NCBI GenBank assembly: GCA_965207225.1
Contig: CBDBLV010000005.1
Coordinates: forward strand, 1,376,001 to 1,440,000
Source: Dehalococcoidia bacterium
Lineage (GTDB): Bacteria > Chloroflexota > Dehalococcoidia > Plut-88900
DNA: 64,000 nucleotides
Direction: 5' to 3'
In this document: positions 10,368 to 18,455 of the stretch, one piece after another
How positions within the stretch are numbered: position 1 is the stretch's first letter
How the letters are laid out: every line of letters begins with the position of its first letter
Made by a program: the position numbers and the translations under genes
Notes under the pieces: model-generated
Database searches by the model: none
The model's input: only the letters and a program-made list of their open reading frames with translations
What the model was told of the DNA's origin: nothing

Positions 10368-11447
10368 ATGAACGAATACACAAGATTCGATGCTGGTGAG
10401 CTGCATCGGCTGGCGCGCTCGATATTGATGGGGTGTGGGATGAGCCATGACGATGCGGATGTGGCCGCGGGGGTGCTGCTCTATGCGGACCTGCGGGGAA
10501 TCGACTCCCATGGTGTAGCCCATCTTTCGGCGCACCAGTCTTACGTGAGGGGGATTAAGAATGGGAACGTAAACCCCTGCCCGGATGTCCAGACGGTGAG
10601 CGACAACGGCACGCTGGCGCTGGTAGACGGAGACGGGGGGCTGGGTCCAGTTGTTGGACACAGGGCGATGCAACTCGCGATTGAAAAGGCGCGGGTCTCG
10701 GGGGTGGGGCTGGTGGGGGCGTGCAACAGCAGGCACTATGGGTCTGCGGGGTACTACGCGGAAATGGCGTTACCCCACGACATGATCGGTATATCGATGA
10801 CGCAGGCGTCGCCGGCTGTACTGCCGACCCACGGAGCGAAGCGGAAACTGGGAACAAATGCAATTAGCTTCGCAATTCCCGCGGGCAAGGATCCACCTTA
10901 CGTGCTGGATATGGCCACGAGTGCCGTTGCAGTAGGCAAGTTGGAACTGGCGCGGCGGAAGTCGGAGGCAATACCGGTAGGTTGGGCGGTGGACTCGGAG
11001 GGTAGGGAGACGACGGACCCCAATGATTACTGGAGTGGAGGGGCGCTGGTGCCGCTGGGGTCGTCGCCGGAGCTAAGCAGTCACAAGGGTTTCGGGCTGG
11101 GGATGCTGGTTGACATATTGTCGGGGGTGCTGACGGGGGTGGGGTTCGGGGCGACGATGTCTCGTGAAAAGAGGGTGGTGGGACACTTCTTCGGGGCGTT
11201 CCGGGTGGACGGGTTCCGGCCGGTTGAGGAGTTCAAGGCGATGATGGATGAAATGATCCGCGACATGAAGTCGACGCCCAGGGTCCGAGAGGACCAGCCC
11301 GTGCTAATTCCCGGACAGATCGAACATGAGACCCGCCTGGAAAGGCTGCAGAACGGTGTTCCCCTGCATGGAGAGGTGGTGGAGACGTTGCAGGAATACG
11401 CCAGGGAATTCGGCGTTGAGTTTCCGGGTCCGAAGTCGAGAGGATAG
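10368..11447 (+). CDS. Ldh_2 family oxidoreductase (malate/L-lactate/sulfolactate/ureidoglycolate type)
   Basis: ADLRGIDSHG, GTNAIS, LDMATS, HKGFGL and IPG motifs. Confidence 0.92.
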   Translation: MNEYTRFDAGELHRLARSILMGCGMSHDDADVAAGVLLYADLRGIDSHGVAHLSAHQSYVRGIKNGNVNPCPDVQTVSDNGTLALVDGDGGLGPVVGHRAMQLAIEKARVSGVGLVGACNSRHYGSAGYYAEMALPHDMIGISMTQASPAVLPTHGAKRKLGTNAISFAIPAGKDPPYVLDMATSAVAVGKLELARRKSEAIPVGWAVDSEGRETTDPNDYWSGGALVPLGSSPELSSHKGFGLGMLVDILSGVLTGVGFGATMSREKRVVGHFFGAFRVDGFRPVEEFKAMMDEMIRDMKSTPRVREDQPVLIPGQIEHETRLERLQNGVPLHGEVVETLQEYAREFGVEFPGPKSRG

Positions 11448-11461
11448 AAGGGAAACCATCT

Positions 11462-12295
11462 GTGGGGGAAATAAAGCGGATCGCAATACTGGGGGCGGGA
11501 CTATACTCCGAAATCCTGTTGGAAGTGATGACTTCAGATAAAGAGAGGGAGCGGGGAGTCGAGGTTATAGCGACCCACAGGAGGGCTGAGCGTCGGGCGG
11601 AGATCGCGGAAAGGTTTGGGATACGGGTGCTGGAGTCGAACAGGGAGGCGTGCGAGGGCGCGGACATGATCATTCCGCTGGTGAGGCCGGAGCAGATGGG
11701 TACGCTAATGAAGGAGGTTGGGTCAGTTATCAGGGAAGGGCAGATAGTAGCAACGGGCGCGGCTTCGCTTCCCCTTAGCTGGTACAGGCAATACCTGGAG
11801 GCGCCTTGCACTCTTGCCTGGGTGTTCACGCCGGTGTTCATGGGGAAGGGGGAGGGGTACATCGGGATGGCGTTCGAGCCTGGGACCTCAGAGGACCAGG
11901 TAAAGGAACTGAAGGAATACTGGGTCCGATTCGGGAACGAGATAATGGTGGTCGAGGACGGAAACCAGGACGCTTTTACCGTGCTGCAGGCGTGCAGCCA
12001 GTTCTTCCTGTACCCGGTAGTGAAGGCGATGGTCGGGTATGGTCGGGAGGCGGGGCTGCCCGTTGAGGTAGCGAAGGCTGCGTCTCTCGCGGCGCTGAGA
12101 TGTGCATCGAGGGAGCTGGAAGGCGTGGACTGCACCCCGGAAGGGCTGGAGGCGTTCATGGACTACGCCCGGGTCCCGGGGAACATGACCTTCGCGGGAA
12201 TAAAGGTGCTGGAGCGTCGGGGGGTGGAGGCGGCATTCAAGGAATGCCTGGTTGCGGCGCAGAGGCAGTCGGAGGCGAATCGGTCGGGGCTATAG
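11462..12295 (+). CDS. Divergent pyrroline-5-carboxylate reductase-like protein
   Basis: IAILGAG Rossmann start; LVRP; VPGNMTFAGIKVLE resembles ProC SPGGTT..GL..LE. Confidence 0.65.
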   Translation: MGEIKRIAILGAGLYSEILLEVMTSDKERERGVEVIATHRRAERRAEIAERFGIRVLESNREACEGADMIIPLVRPEQMGTLMKEVGSVIREGQIVATGAASLPLSWYRQYLEAPCTLAWVFTPVFMGKGEGYIGMAFEPGTSEDQVKELKEYWVRFGNEIMVVEDGNQDAFTVLQACSQFFLYPVVKAMVGYGREAGLPVEVAKAASLAALRCASRELEGVDCTPEGLEAFMDYARVPGNMTFAGIKVLERRGVEAAFKECLVAAQRQSEANRSGL

Positions 12296-12994
12296 GGAGT
12301 TGTCCGGTCTGGGGCGGGACATGAGCTCCTGGAGCTTGTCGAGGTTGAAGTCGGGGGACTTACAGAACTCGATGATGGGTCGCTCCCAGTCCTCCATCTG
12401 AACTGAGGCATCGGCGATTCGGGCGGCGATGCCGGCGGGGATGGTGATCACGCCGTGCTTGTCACCGTGGATGATATCTCCGGGATGGACCTCGACTCCT
12501 CCCACAGTTACCGGACATCCGACGGCCTCCAGGTGGACGTAGGCGTGGGATACCAGCACATCAGAAGCGAAGAAGTGAAAGCCGAGATCTTCAACCTCGT
12601 CCAGGTCGCGCACACCGCCGTCGGTGACCGTACCGACACAGCCGAGGGCCTTGTGGATGTTGCCGTTGACCTCGCCCCAGAAGGATCCGATGGCGTTGGG
12701 GTAGTCCAGGTCTTTGATGACGACGACCCGGGGCCCGGGGACGCTCTGCACGTGCTCCCAGAGGTCTCTAGGTTTAGGGCCCTGGCCTTTGAAAGCGGGA
12801 GAGCGAGCGCTGATAACGGCTGTACAGGCGTAGCCGACCATGTTGCCGAGGCTGGGGAGCTGGCACTTGATCTCGGGGCCCATGAAGCCGACGCTTCTTG
12901 ACTGGATGTCAAAGGTCTCGATGGCGTTGGCGATGGTAGGGGAGGTGATTTCTCGGAGGGCCTCCAGCTGTGCAGGTGTCAGTGTCGTGGACAT
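12290..12994 (-). CDS. RraA/HMG aldolase family protein
   Basis: SPTIANAIE, WGEVN, TDGGVRD and PGDIIHGDKHGV motifs. Confidence 0.9.
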   Translation of the reverse strand: MSTTLTPAQLEALREITSPTIANAIETFDIQSRSVGFMGPEIKCQLPSLGNMVGYACTAVISARSPAFKGQGPKPRDLWEHVQSVPGPRVVVIKDLDYPNAIGSFWGEVNGNIHKALGCVGTVTDGGVRDLDEVEDLGFHFFASDVLVSHAYVHLEAVGCPVTVGGVEVHPGDIIHGDKHGVITIPAGIAARIADASVQMEDWERPIIEFCKSPDFNLDKLQELMSRPRPDNSL

Positions 12995-13015
12995 GATTTC
13001 TCCGTAGATCGGGGG

Positions 13016-14026
13016 TTAGGCGGGGTCCTTAAGGCTGACCCTTTCCCTGACGGCGGGGTTTACGAGGTTGAGAGGCCAGTGACCGGTGAGGACACGGACC
13101 ATCTCCTCTCCGACGCGGCGGTGAAGGAGGTCGAAGGCGTTGTCGGAGTAAGAGGCGGTGTGGGGAAGGATGGCGACGTTGTCCATCTTGAGCAGGGGAT
13201 TGCCGGGGTCTACGGGCTCCTTTTCGAAGACGTCCAGGCCGGCGCCTGCTATTTCACCGCCTTGGAGGGCCTCGATGAGGGCAGGCTCGTCGACAACGGG
13301 GCCGCGGGAGGTATTGATGAGGAAGGCGGAGTTCTTCATCCGGCGGAACTGCTCGGCGCCCATGAGGTGATGGGTGTCGGGGGTGAGGGGGGTGTGGAGG
13401 GAAACGTAGTCGGACCTCTCAAGAAGCTCTTCGAAGGAGACGAGCTTTATCCCGACCTCGTCTGCCTGCTCCTGGGATATGAAGGGGTCGTAGCCGATGA
13501 CTTCGAGGCCGAAGACGCGGGCCTTCCGGGCCACGGCGCGGGCGATGTTGCCGCAGGCGACCAGTCCCAGGGTCTGGCCATAGATGGAGCCCATAGGATA
13601 GAGCAGGTCCCGGCCCCAGTTGCCGGCGCGGGTCCAGCCGTCCAATTTAATCAGCTTCTTGGCGGAGGCCAAGAGGAGCATCAGGGCGTGGTTGGAGACT
13701 TCTTCCCAGCAGAAGTCGGGGACGTTGGCGATGACAATGGAGTGGTCGGTGAGGGCCTGGGGATCCAGGGTGTCGATGCCGACGCCGTAGCGGACGACGA
13801 CCTTGCAGCCCGGCGGCAACGCGGCGGCAGCCTTGGCGCGAATCGGGGCGCGGATGTTGAGGATGCCGTCCATGCCTTGCGCGGCTTCAATTACCTCGTC
13901 CTCGGTCGTGCAGGGGATGGGTATGAGCTCGGCGCCGATCCGGGCGAGGGTATTGGTCTCGACGTCCAGGGGGGCGCCGAGGTTGTCGGGGTCGGTGTGA
14001 AGGACTCTGAATTTGGCTTGAGTCAT
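13016..14026 (-). CDS. D-isomer-specific 2-hydroxyacid dehydrogenase (CtBP-like)
   Basis: RYGVGID, LINTSRG, AGLDVFEKEP and LPHTAS motifs; start placed at MTQAKF. Confidence 0.93.
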   Translation of the reverse strand: MTQAKFRVLHTDPDNLGAPLDVETNTLARIGAELIPIPCTTEDEVIEAAQGMDGILNIRAPIRAKAAAALPPGCKVVVRYGVGIDTLDPQALTDHSIVIANVPDFCWEEVSNHALMLLLASAKKLIKLDGWTRAGNWGRDLLYPMGSIYGQTLGLVACGNIARAVARKARVFGLEVIGYDPFISQEQADEVGIKLVSFEELLERSDYVSLHTPLTPDTHHLMGAEQFRRMKNSAFLINTSRGPVVDEPALIEALQGGEIAGAGLDVFEKEPVDPGNPLLKMDNVAILPHTASYSDNAFDLLHRRVGEEMVRVLTGHWPLNLVNPAVRERVSLKDPA

Positions 14027-14110
14027 GACAAGTTTCCTCCGATCGAGGCATATGGTAGCCGTGACATACCGGACGGGCAACTCGCCGGTCTTTTATTCGG
14101 TTGTGGGTTT

Positions 14111-14152
14111 TTGATTGAACGTTGATTGAATTCATAGCCGGTTTGATTGAAC
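14111..14152. promoter_or_regulatory. Three TTGATTGAA direct repeats, candidate operator array
   Basis: Copies at 14111, 14122 and 14143, about 85-125 nt upstream of the dehydrogenase start. Confidence 0.45.
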
Positions 14153-14270
14153 GACGCCTAAAAGGGATTTCTGGGGATTTCGCGTGGCGGATGGGGGCAA
14201 GGGGAAAGGGTGGGGTTTTGATTGTTTTGCGGTTTCAGGCACGGCTTTGATTGTTTAAGGAACGTGGAGT

Positions 14271-14388
14271 GAACCCTCACCCCCTTGATCCCCCTCTCCC
14301 TTAGGGCCCTTAAGGGAGAGGGGGAGAGAAGAACAGAGACAGAGGTCGGCGCTTTTGCGCCGACCTCTGTCTCTAGTTCAATACTGGG
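14271..14388. repeat. Composite two-hairpin repeat, copy A
   Basis: CCCTCACCCC..CCCCCTCTCCCTT/AAGGGAGAGGGGG stem followed by a perfect 18-bp stem at 14335-14374; direct copy at 15207. Confidence 0.85.
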
Positions 14389-14444
14389 TAGAAGGGAAGG
14401 AATACCCCTCAGCAGCATAGGGAGACCCTCACTCCGCACCGGGG

Positions 14445-14469
14445 AGGGCGACCCGCCGGTCGCCCCTAC
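14445..14469 (-). repeat. GTAG-family REP
   Basis: Minus strand reads GTAGGGGCGACCGGCGGGTCGCCCT (GTAG followed by a palindrome). Confidence 0.7.
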
Positions 14470-14494
14470 GGGAACCCGGCCTCGCCCCTCGGGA

Positions 14495-14523
14495 TGGATT
14501 CCCGATCGGAGTCGGGAATGACG
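14495..14523. repeat. REP-like palindrome, GATTCC-N-GGAATGAC family
   Basis: TGGATTCCCGATCGGAGTCGGGAATGACG. Confidence 0.7.
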
Positions 14524-14599
14524 GGTGGGCAAGTCGGGGATGGCGGTGGGGTTGTGCGGTTGTGGGGTCTGGGTCTGCATTTTGTCTGTTTTGGCTGAG

Positions 14600-15090
14600 T
14601 AGGCGATGGAGGTCCAAACTCATATGCAGGGGGCGGGAGGCCAGCCTGCGCAGCCCCATAGGTTTGATATTGGTTCCGGGGGCGACCGAGAACGTCTCGG
14701 CGTGGGGCCATGCCCGTATACCAGTGGCGCTCACCCCCTCTATGAGGAGGGAGCGCGAACCCGCTACCGCCGTCTATGTGACGACGGTGGAGTCACATGG
14801 CGCTCACCCCTGTATGAGGGGGGAGCGTCGAACCCGCTTCCGTCGTCGACGTAGACGACGGTGGAGTCCCGCAAGGGCTCTAAGGCCCTGAGCCCGACAA
14901 AGTGGGGCCGTCCTTGTTCACCGGCAAGGTAAATGCCGGTTACGCAAGTACCCCGGTTAGGGGGCGTTTTGGGCAGAGTCTCTAAGAGAGGGGGCCTGCC
15001 CGTATCGAGTCGATGGACCATCCATCGCCTGGATGGTCAGGGAAGGGGCACGGGACCCGGTGGGGTCTCGGAGGCTTCCCTGGGTTTTTT
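14600..15090 (+). ncRNA. Candidate large structured non-coding RNA of unknown family (strand uncertain)
   Basis: No convincing ORF; continuous hairpins; two GCAA tetraloops; long-range closing stem 14601-14615/15015-15030; ends in a stem plus T-tract. Confidence 0.4.
14725..14868. repeat. Tandem duplication, 73-nt period, two hairpins per unit
   Basis: TGGCGCTCACCCC..GGGAGCG..GAACCCGCT..CCG..GTC..GACGACGGTGGAGTC at 14725 and 14798. Confidence 0.85.
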
Positions 15091-15106
15091 GTTCCTCCTG
15101 AAATCA

Positions 15107-15159
15107 TCGAAACTTAGTTCGAACCAGGAACAGTTTAGCACGGGTGTAATAGAAGTCAA
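15107..15159 (-). promoter_or_regulatory. Sigma-70-type promoter with downstream LexA-like palindrome
   Basis: Minus strand TTGACT-16-TAAACT with extended TG; TCGAACTAAGTTTCGA at 15107-15122. Confidence 0.5.
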
Positions 15160-15206
15160 GGGTCTTGGGTGCGGGTTTTGGGGGAATATCCCCCCGCCCC
15201 TCAGGG

Positions 15207-15323
15207 GAACCCTCACCCCCTTTATCCCCCTCTCCCTTGGGGCCTATAAGGGAGAGGGGGAGAGAAGAACAGAGGCAGACGTGGGTGCAACGCACCCACG
15301 TCTGCCTCTAGTTCAGTACTGGG
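15207..15323. repeat. Composite two-hairpin repeat, copy B
   Basis: Direct copy of 14271-14388; 18-bp stem at 15271-15309 with four compensated differences. Confidence 0.85.
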
Positions 15324-15342
15324 GAAAGGGGGGGACCGCCCA

Positions 15343-15380
15343 CCCCGCCCCAGATTCCTCGCGGGGCATCGGAATGACAT
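15343..15380. repeat. REP-like palindrome, GATTCC-N-GGAATGAC family
   Basis: 38 nt with 4 mismatches to 48761-48798. Confidence 0.75.
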
Positions 15381-15549
15381 GGCGGGAGGTGGGCTGGAAT
15401 GTTCAAGGGTGACGGATTGGCCACGGTGAGAGATCTCTCCCGGGGTATTGGGATGGGAGGATAGGGGGATCGGAACGGCGAGATAGGGGCATCGGGGTGG
15501 GGTTAACCGTCTGTGAGGACCAGGTCAGATTCCTGGGCGGGCAGTTGTG

Positions 15550-15579
15550 TTGCTAAAGGTGCGGGAAAATCAATATAAT
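15550..15579 (+). promoter_or_regulatory. Sigma-70-type promoter for the small ORF
   Basis: TTGCTA-18-TATAAT. Confidence 0.55.
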
Positions 15580-15639
15580 TGAAATATCGGGGCCGTGAAA
15601 TTTTCCGGTTCCGGACTCTCGGGGAAAGAGGTGTCTGAG

Positions 15640-15744
15640 ATGAAGAAGAAATTCATCATAATTGCCCTGATAGCGGCGGTAGTCGGGGCTGCGGCCAAGA
15701 TACTCAGGGGCCGCATGTCCAACAAGGAGGCGGAGGCGGACTAG
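15640..15744 (+). CDS. Small 34-aa single-helix membrane peptide
   Basis: MKKKFIIIALIAAVVGAAAKILRGRMSNKEAEAD; GAGGTG ribosome-binding site; own promoter. Confidence 0.65.
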   Translation: MKKKFIIIALIAAVVGAAAKILRGRMSNKEAEAD

Positions 15745-15831
15745 CGGAGTCCGATCTGCCGAAAAGCGCTCGAGGCTGTGACAGGTCTGGGGCGTAGTGA
15801 CTGAACCGTATAACCGGCTACGGGACGGGTA

Positions 15832-16833
15832 CTAGACGAAGTACCTGACCCTCTCTTTCTTGTACTCCTTGGTACTGAAGAGGATCTCGTAGTCGGTTAT
15901 TCCTGTTTTCTCCGAAATTTGCCGGGCGATGCTCCGGCATTTTTCGTCGGTGCGGGAGTGGACCATGCTGAAGAGGCTGTAGGGCCAGTCGGGGTAGGTG
16001 GGGCGCTGATAGCAGTGGCTGACCTGGGGGAAAGAGGCGGCCAATTCTCCGACTTCCCTTATCCGCTCCTCGGGGACCTTCCAGCAGACCATGCCGTTGG
16101 AGGTGAACCCGGCGTTCTGGTGCCGTAAGACGGCAGCGAACCGGCGCATCAGGCCCGATTCCTGGAACCAGGTTATCCTTGCCAGCAGGTCGGGGACGGA
16201 CATGCCAAGGCGCTTTGCCATACCGTCGAAGGGGCGCGGGGCCAGGGGCACGTCTTCCTGAAGTTCGCGGACGAAGGCCCGGTCTTCTTCGGTAAGGGGG
16301 CCGGCAGCGGGCCGGGGCTTCTTTTTGGCTCGGGCTTCGGGCTCCAGCTTTTCCTCGTCTTTGGTCATGTCCAGCTTGACGCCGATCTTGAAGAGGTGCT
16401 TGGTGGGGAGGAGGCGGTATTTTTCGGCGCCGGCGCGGGTGGCGAGGGAGTCGAGCTCGGTCTCAAGCTCGGCCTCGGGGGGCACGGCGAGGGTGAACCA
16501 GATGTTGAAGTAGTGGTCACGCTTGTAGTTGTGGCTGACGCCCGGGTGCTCACTGATGACGTCGGCGACCTGGTCGACTCGGTCCTCGGGGGCGCGTACG
16601 GCGACGAGGGAGCTCTTGTAGCCGAGGCGCCGGGTGTCGAATATGGCGTTTAGCTCGCGGATTATGGCGTCGTCCTTAAGCTTGGCGATCAGGGAGATAA
16701 CCTCGCCCTCCGTCATGCCGAGTCGCGTCCCGATCTCAGCGAAGGGGGTCTCGACGAGGGGGAAATCCCACTGGAGGATGTTCAGGAGCTCTTTTTCGGT
16801 GGCGGTGAGGGCGGGGGTGGTTTTGGCGACCAT
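15832..16833 (-). CDS. Fused siroheme decarboxylase AhbAB (NirDL-like, Lrp/AsnC fold)
   Basis: Two homologous halves with VSHNYKR and VSHCYQR..WPYSLFSMVH motifs; last gene of the haem operon. Confidence 0.88.
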   Translation of the reverse strand: MVAKTTPALTATEKELLNILQWDFPLVETPFAEIGTRLGMTEGEVISLIAKLKDDAIIRELNAIFDTRRLGYKSSLVAVRAPEDRVDQVADVISEHPGVSHNYKRDHYFNIWFTLAVPPEAELETELDSLATRAGAEKYRLLPTKHLFKIGVKLDMTKDEEKLEPEARAKKKPRPAAGPLTEEDRAFVRELQEDVPLAPRPFDGMAKRLGMSVPDLLARITWFQESGLMRRFAAVLRHQNAGFTSNGMVCWKVPEERIREVGELAASFPQVSHCYQRPTYPDWPYSLFSMVHSRTDEKCRSIARQISEKTGITDYEILFSTKEYKKERVRYFV

Positions 16834-16872
16834 GCTTAATCCTGGTGATAAGGGGGTCGGGAGGGGGTGGGG

Positions 16873-17868
16873 TCAGCCTGCGGCGGTGGGCGCGGGCTTT
16901 ACGCCGAAGTTGTCCTTGTAGAGGTCGTAGACACGGTCCAGGTGCTCCTGGGGGAGGTCAGGGAGGTCGGGGGCCTGGGCGTAGTCCTCGAGTTGGGCGG
17001 GATCGGTTGCCGTCAACAGCACCGAGGATACGGTCTCCTGCCCAAGGCAGTATTTCAAGGCTGCCTGGCCAATGTTGAGGCCAGTGTCCTCGGTGAGGAA
17101 GCCGATCTGGTCGACCTTGTCCATGCTTTCGTCGAGCCATTCGCGTTTGCGGTAGCTGCGGTGGTCGGTCTCGGGGAATACGGTGTCCCGGTTGACTGTG
17201 CCGTCCAGCAGGCCGCTGGCGTGGGGGACACGGACGAAAAGGCCGGTGCCGCAATCTTGGGCGATGGGGAAGAAGTCCTGGGCCGGGTCCTGCTCCAGGA
17301 TGCTGTAGATAATCTGGAGAGTGGATACCGAACGCTCCTGCATTGAAGCCTGACCCTCTTCGAACCAACCGATGTCGGGGCCGAGGGCTACGCCGTAGTA
17401 GCGGATCTTGCCCTCTTTCTTCAGGTCTTCGAGGGTCTCGAAAACGTCGTCCCGCTCTATGACGTTGATGCGAGGGTTGTGAAGCTGGTATACGTCTATC
17501 CAGTCGGTATCGAGGCGTCGGAGGCTCTTTTCGCAGGCCTCGCGGATGAAATCGGGCTCGAAGTTCTGGGGTTTCTCCTTGTGACGGATACGGGCGGTAA
17601 AGGTGTAGAAGTCGTAGCCGACCTTTGTACAGAGGACGACATCGTTGCGCTGGCCCTTGAGGGCCTTGGCTACGACTTCCTCGTTGGCGCCGGAGCTGTA
17701 CTGGTCCGCGGTGTCGAAGAGGTTGATTCCGAGGTCCAGGGCGTTGTGGATAAGGGCTATGGACTGCTCTTCGTTGACGTTGCCCCACCAGTTGCTGACG
17801 AGGGTCCATGTGCCGAATCCGCATTCGGAGACTAAGAGGTCGGTGTTGGGGACGGTGCGGTACTTCAT
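16873..17868 (-). CDS. Aldo/keto reductase
   Basis: GINLFDTADQY, TKVG and SLRRLDTDWIDVYQLH motifs. Confidence 0.93.
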   Translation of the reverse strand: MKYRTVPNTDLLVSECGFGTWTLVSNWWGNVNEEQSIALIHNALDLGINLFDTADQYSSGANEEVVAKALKGQRNDVVLCTKVGYDFYTFTARIRHKEKPQNFEPDFIREACEKSLRRLDTDWIDVYQLHNPRINVIERDDVFETLEDLKKEGKIRYYGVALGPDIGWFEEGQASMQERSVSTLQIIYSILEQDPAQDFFPIAQDCGTGLFVRVPHASGLLDGTVNRDTVFPETDHRSYRKREWLDESMDKVDQIGFLTEDTGLNIGQAALKYCLGQETVSSVLLTATDPAQLEDYAQAPDLPDLPQEHLDRVYDLYKDNFGVKPAPTAAG

Positions 17869-18446
17869 ACGGGGACGGCCGTGCCGACGGCCTCCTTGAT
17901 GCGGTTGATCTCGGTGCGAAGAGTCTCGTCGGGGACGACGGCCTGGGCGCCGGTGACGTTGATGGGCTCTTCAAGCTCCACCCATGAGACGCAGCCCCCG
18001 TATCGGGACAGGACGGGTATGGAGCGGGGGCGTTTGAGTTTCATGGCCCTGAGCAAGATGATAGACAAGGGGTGCTTGGGGCGCCATTTGAGGCGGTACT
18101 GGGCGTAGTCGTCGGTGCAGATGTAGAAGTCTTCGAGGGCAGAGACGCGCTCGGGTTCAGAGACTTCGAGGATTTCAACTACCTCGGCGAGGGTGTCTAT
18201 GATAACGGTGTCGGGAGGGGGGGCGTGGTTCTCGGTGAGGGCGAGGGCGTCGTGCCACTGGGGTTTGAGGAGGTCGGGACTCTGGTGTTCGTAGGTTGGG
18301 TAGAGGAGGAAGCGGTTGCCTTCCAGGACGAAGCGCTTCTGCTGTTCACGGATGCCTCCCTTGCGGAGGACGAGGAACTGTTCGCCCCGGGCGAGGGCCC
18401 GGGTGATTACCGCCCATTCCTTCAGAGCCAGGGATACGAAGCTCAT
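17865..18446 (-). CDS. DUF1802 family protein
   Basis: ALKEWA, LRKGGIRE, FLLYPTYEHQ and YGGCVSW motifs. Confidence 0.85.
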   Translation of the reverse strand: MSFVSLALKEWAVITRALARGEQFLVLRKGGIREQQKRFVLEGNRFLLYPTYEHQSPDLLKPQWHDALALTENHAPPPDTVIIDTLAEVVEILEVSEPERVSALEDFYICTDDYAQYRLKWRPKHPLSIILLRAMKLKRPRSIPVLSRYGGCVSWVELEEPINVTGAQAVVPDETLRTEINRIKEAVGTAVPV

Positions 18447-18455
18447 GGGTCGGGC

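Noticed and set aside
14725-14868. Possible CRISPR array or tRNA pair
   Set aside because: Only two units, no unique spacers, no cas genes and no cloverleaf
14158-15412. Several 60-160 aa ORFs in the intergenic island
   Set aside because: They run through palindromic repeats and show no recognisable motifs or good ribosome-binding sites
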